A stretch of DNA of 55,863 nt from Candidatus Iainarchaeum sp. (GTDB lineage Archaea; Iainarchaeota; Iainarchaeia; Iainarchaeales; Iainarchaeaceae), in assembly GCA_002687735.1 (NCBI GenBank), contig NZBD01000016.1:1-55863 (forward strand), given 5' to 3'. A program made the translations under genes and the position numbers. The stretch's first letter is position 1, and the number at the start of each line of letters is the position of its first letter. The notes under the pieces were generated by a model. The model was not told the origin of the DNA. It ran no database searches and worked only from the letters and a program-made list of their open reading frames with translations. Shown one piece after another: positions 53,140 through 55,863 of the stretch.

Positions 53140-55833
53140 TTATTCAACTAACAAAGCAGGTTTCATAGGAAAAGCCTTGTTGGCTTTCTCTTTATTATCT
53201 GTCTTATCTGCAGACACTACTATTGCTTCTGCTCCAAGCTCTTTTGAAAGCAAATCAACAGACCCTGAAAGAAGCTTAAACTCATCAACTTTATCTAATG
53301 ATTTCAAATCATGAAATTTTTGCAAAACAGGTTTTAAGAAAGTCTGGGCTTCTTTTGCATGTTTTTTAGCATCAGGAATACCCATAGCTAATTTCATTGC
53401 ATCACTAAACTCTGGCTTTTCCTTTTTTGAAAGAATTTTTTCAAAAACATTCCACTTCCAAGAAGCTGCAACAAATACAGTAACCTTTTTTGGTTTTGCT
53501 ATTTTTGCCAGATTCTTAATATTATTAACATCAGCCTTGATACCTTGAATCATTTTTTCAGTGGCTTCCGCTTCCTTATCAATACTTTTTTCATCAAACT
53601 CTGGCCAGGATTGTACAGAAACTAATCCTTTTTCTCCAATTAACCTATAAAGTTCTTCTGCTAAATGAGGCGCAAAAGGAACAAGAAGTTTTGAAATTGA
53701 ATTTAATGAAAATCCTAAAACATTTGAATCTATTTTTTCCTGCTTTCCAACAAAATTCACAAGCTCCATTATAGAACCAATTGCATAATTGAATTTATAC
53801 TCCTGAATTAACTTAGAAATTTTCTTAATAGTGCTGTGAGTTTTGCTCAAAACAAGTCTGTCACTTATTGAAAGTTTTTTTCCTGGTTTTTTATTTGAAA
53901 TATTTTTTGCATTAGCCTCAAAAACTGAATAAATTTTCTGCAAAAATTTGTGGGTTGACTCAACACCCTTATCAGTCCAGTCCATTTCACTTTCAGGAGC
54001 AGAAGCAAACAGAATGAAAACCCTTATAGTATCAGGACCAAACTTTTGCATTATTTCACTCGGATCAACAGTATTTCCCAAAGATTTTGACATTTTGGCT
54101 CCGCCCTTAAGAACCATTCCCTGAGTTAAGAGTCTTTTGAAAGGTTCATCAAACTTCACAAGACCTTCATCTCTCAGAACTTTGGTGAAAAATCTGGCAT
54201 AAAGCAAATGCAGAATAGCATGCTCTATACCCCCAATGTACTGATCTACAGGCATCCAATATTGAGCAGATTTTTTATCAAAAGGCAGGTTTGTTTCCTT
54301 TGGGGAAGTAAACCTCAAAAAGTACCAGGAAGAATCAACAAAAGTGTCCATAGTGTCAGTATCTCTTCTTGCTTTTGCTCCGCAATTAGGACAATCAGCA
54401 TTAACAAAATGCTTCACAGTTTCCAATGGGTTTCCACCTGTATTGAAATCTGCTTCCTTTGAATCAGGGAGCTTTACAGGTAAATCTTTTTCAGGAACAG
54501 GAACAGTGCCGCACTTATCACAATAAATAATTGGAATTGGCGTTCCCCAAAATCTTTGTCTTGAGATAAGCCAGTCCCTTAATTTATAATTAGTTGTAAT
54601 TTTTCCGAATTTTTTCTTTTTTAACCATTTAGCTATTTTTGGCAAAGCTTTTTTGTTATCCATTCCGCTGAATTCTCCAGAATCAAAAAGAATTCCATCA
54701 TCAGTAAACGCATCCTGATAATCATCCGGACTTATTGGTTTTCCATCCTTACTTATAACAAATTTCAAAGGCAAGTCATACTTTCTCGCAAATCTGAAAT
54801 CTCTTTTATCATGCGCATCACACATTACAATTCCAGAACCGTACATCAGAGCAAAGTTTGAAACAAAAATAGGAACTTTTTCTCCGTTAACCGGATTGAT
54901 AGCATATTTTCCTGTAAAAACCCCTTCCTTTTCCTTTTCTTCATTCTGCCTATCAACCATACTTTGTTTTTTAACACTTGCAATAAATTCTCGTACCTGT
55001 TCTTCAAGACCGGTTCCTTTAACTAATTCAGGAATCATAGGATGTTCAGGAGCTATTGCTAAAAAAGTTACACTAAAAATAGTGTCACATCTTGTTGTAT
55101 AAGTAGGTAAAATTTTATCGGTTCCATCAAGCTTAAAATGAATGTCTACTCCTTCACTTTTCCCAATCCAGTTTTTTTGCATTGTTTTTACTCTTTCGGG
55201 CCACTCATCAAGTTTTTCCAAATCTTTAAGCAACTCATCAGCATAATCGGTTATTTTGAAAAACCATTGTTCTAAATCTTTTTCAATAATCTCTGTGTCT
55301 GCGTGACGCCAGCATTTTCCATCAACAACCTGTTCATTAGCAAGAACAGTATTGCATTTACCGCACCAATTTACAGGAGATTTTTTTTTATAAGCTAAAC
55401 CTTTCTCAAGCATCTTTAAGAAAATCCACTGATTCCATTTGTAATACTCAGGAACACAAGTGGCTATTTTTCTGTTCCAGTCATAACTGTAACCAAGTTC
55501 TTTCATCTGACTAACCATGTCATCCATTCTCTGGAAAGTCCATTCTTTTGGATCAGCATTATTATCAATTGCCGCATTTTCAGCAGGCAGGCCAAAAGCA
55601 TCAAAACCTGTGGGATACAGAACATTGTGGCCTTTCATTTTCATGAAACGCGCTATACAGTCCCCAATAGAGTAGTTCCTAGCGTGTCCCATATGGAGCT
55701 TTCCGGAAGGGTATGGAAACATCTCTAATACATAGTACTTTTTCTTCTTGGAATCCGCATCAGAGGCGAAAATTCCTTCCTTCTCCCATACTTTCTGCCA
55801 CTTCTTAGCAACCTTGTTCAGATCAATTTGCAT
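53140..55833 (-). CDS. leuS: leucyl-tRNA synthetase, bacterial-type architecture
   Basis: [57 protein letters not shown] aligns by eye with bacterial LeuS. KMSKS motif is present. Length 897 aa. Confidence 0.95.
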   Translation of the reverse strand: MQIDLNKVAKKWQKVWEKEGIFASDADSKKKKYYVLEMFPYPSGKLHMGHARNYSIGDCIARFMKMKGHNVLYPTGFDAFGLPAENAAIDNNADPKEWTFQRMDDMVSQMKELGYSYDWNRKIATCVPEYYKWNQWIFLKMLEKGLAYKKKSPVNWCGKCNTVLANEQVVDGKCWRHADTEIIEKDLEQWFFKITDYADELLKDLEKLDEWPERVKTMQKNWIGKSEGVDIHFKLDGTDKILPTYTTRCDTIFSVTFLAIAPEHPMIPELVKGTGLEEQVREFIASVKKQSMVDRQNEEKEKEGVFTGKYAINPVNGEKVPIFVSNFALMYGSGIVMCDAHDKRDFRFARKYDLPLKFVISKDGKPISPDDYQDAFTDDGILFDSGEFSGMDNKKALPKIAKWLKKKKFGKITTNYKLRDWLISRQRFWGTPIPIIYCDKCGTVPVPEKDLPVKLPDSKEADFNTGGNPLETVKHFVNADCPNCGAKARRDTDTMDTFVDSSWYFLRFTSPKETNLPFDKKSAQYWMPVDQYIGGIEHAILHLLYARFFTKVLRDEGLVKFDEPFKRLLTQGMVLKGGAKMSKSLGNTVDPSEIMQKFGPDTIRVFILFASAPESEMDWTDKGVESTHKFLQKIYSVFEANAKNISNKKPGKKLSISDRLVLSKTHSTIKKISKLIQEYKFNYAIGSIMELVNFVGKQEKIDSNVLGFSLNSISKLLVPFAPHLAEELYRLIGEKGLVSVQSWPEFDEKSIDKEAEATEKMIQGIKADVNNIKNLAKIAKPKKVTVFVAASWKWNVFEKILSKKEKPEFSDAMKLAMGIPDAKKHAKEAQTFLKPVLQKFHDLKSLDKVDEFKLLSGSVDLLSKELGAEAIVVSADKTDNKEKANKAFPMKPALLVE

Positions 55834-55863
55834 GATAGAATCACTCTTTGGAACGTTTTTAAA

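Overview
AT-rich (~35% GC by eye) window that looks archaeal, probably from a DPANN-like lineage (inference). Supporting evidence: a complete A1AO ATP synthase operon in the canonical order atpH-I-K-E-C-F-A-B-D; TrmB-type and HTH_10-type regulators; a class III (type IV pilin-like) signal peptide; tRNA genes without encoded CCA; and TATA-like boxes about 25-30 nt upstream of many start codons, suggesting leaderless transcripts. Several housekeeping genes look bacterial-type by motif: metK, leuS and a long RelA/SpoT homolog. Other core genes are prs (partial), pyrG, sufS-like, rpe, argS, an aminotransferase, ybaK-like, HIT, FKBP, stomatin, an APC permease, a U32 peptidase and three tRNAs: Ser-GGA, Ser-UGA and Arg-UCU. 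The main accessory feature is a ~9.7 kb four-gene operon (26202-35928). It encodes giant, signal-peptide-bearing, C-terminally membrane-anchored modular surface proteins. Their parts include cadherin-like tandem repeats, Cys-bracketed beta-sandwich repeats, a vWA/MIDAS domain and a histone-H1-like Lys-rich cytoplasmic tail. An XRE-CBS regulator and a TrmB regulator flank the operon. A second theme is a set of short direct duplications of gene 3' ends (TraB, metK, one surface-protein gene) and of a tRNA-upstream motif. These duplications bracket small insertions and orphan basic ORFs. A third theme is GC-rich structured elements next to two tRNAs that share hairpins with compensatory base changes, plus two further promoter-to-T-run candidate ncRNAs. 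No CRISPR array, rRNA, transposase or integrase was recognised.
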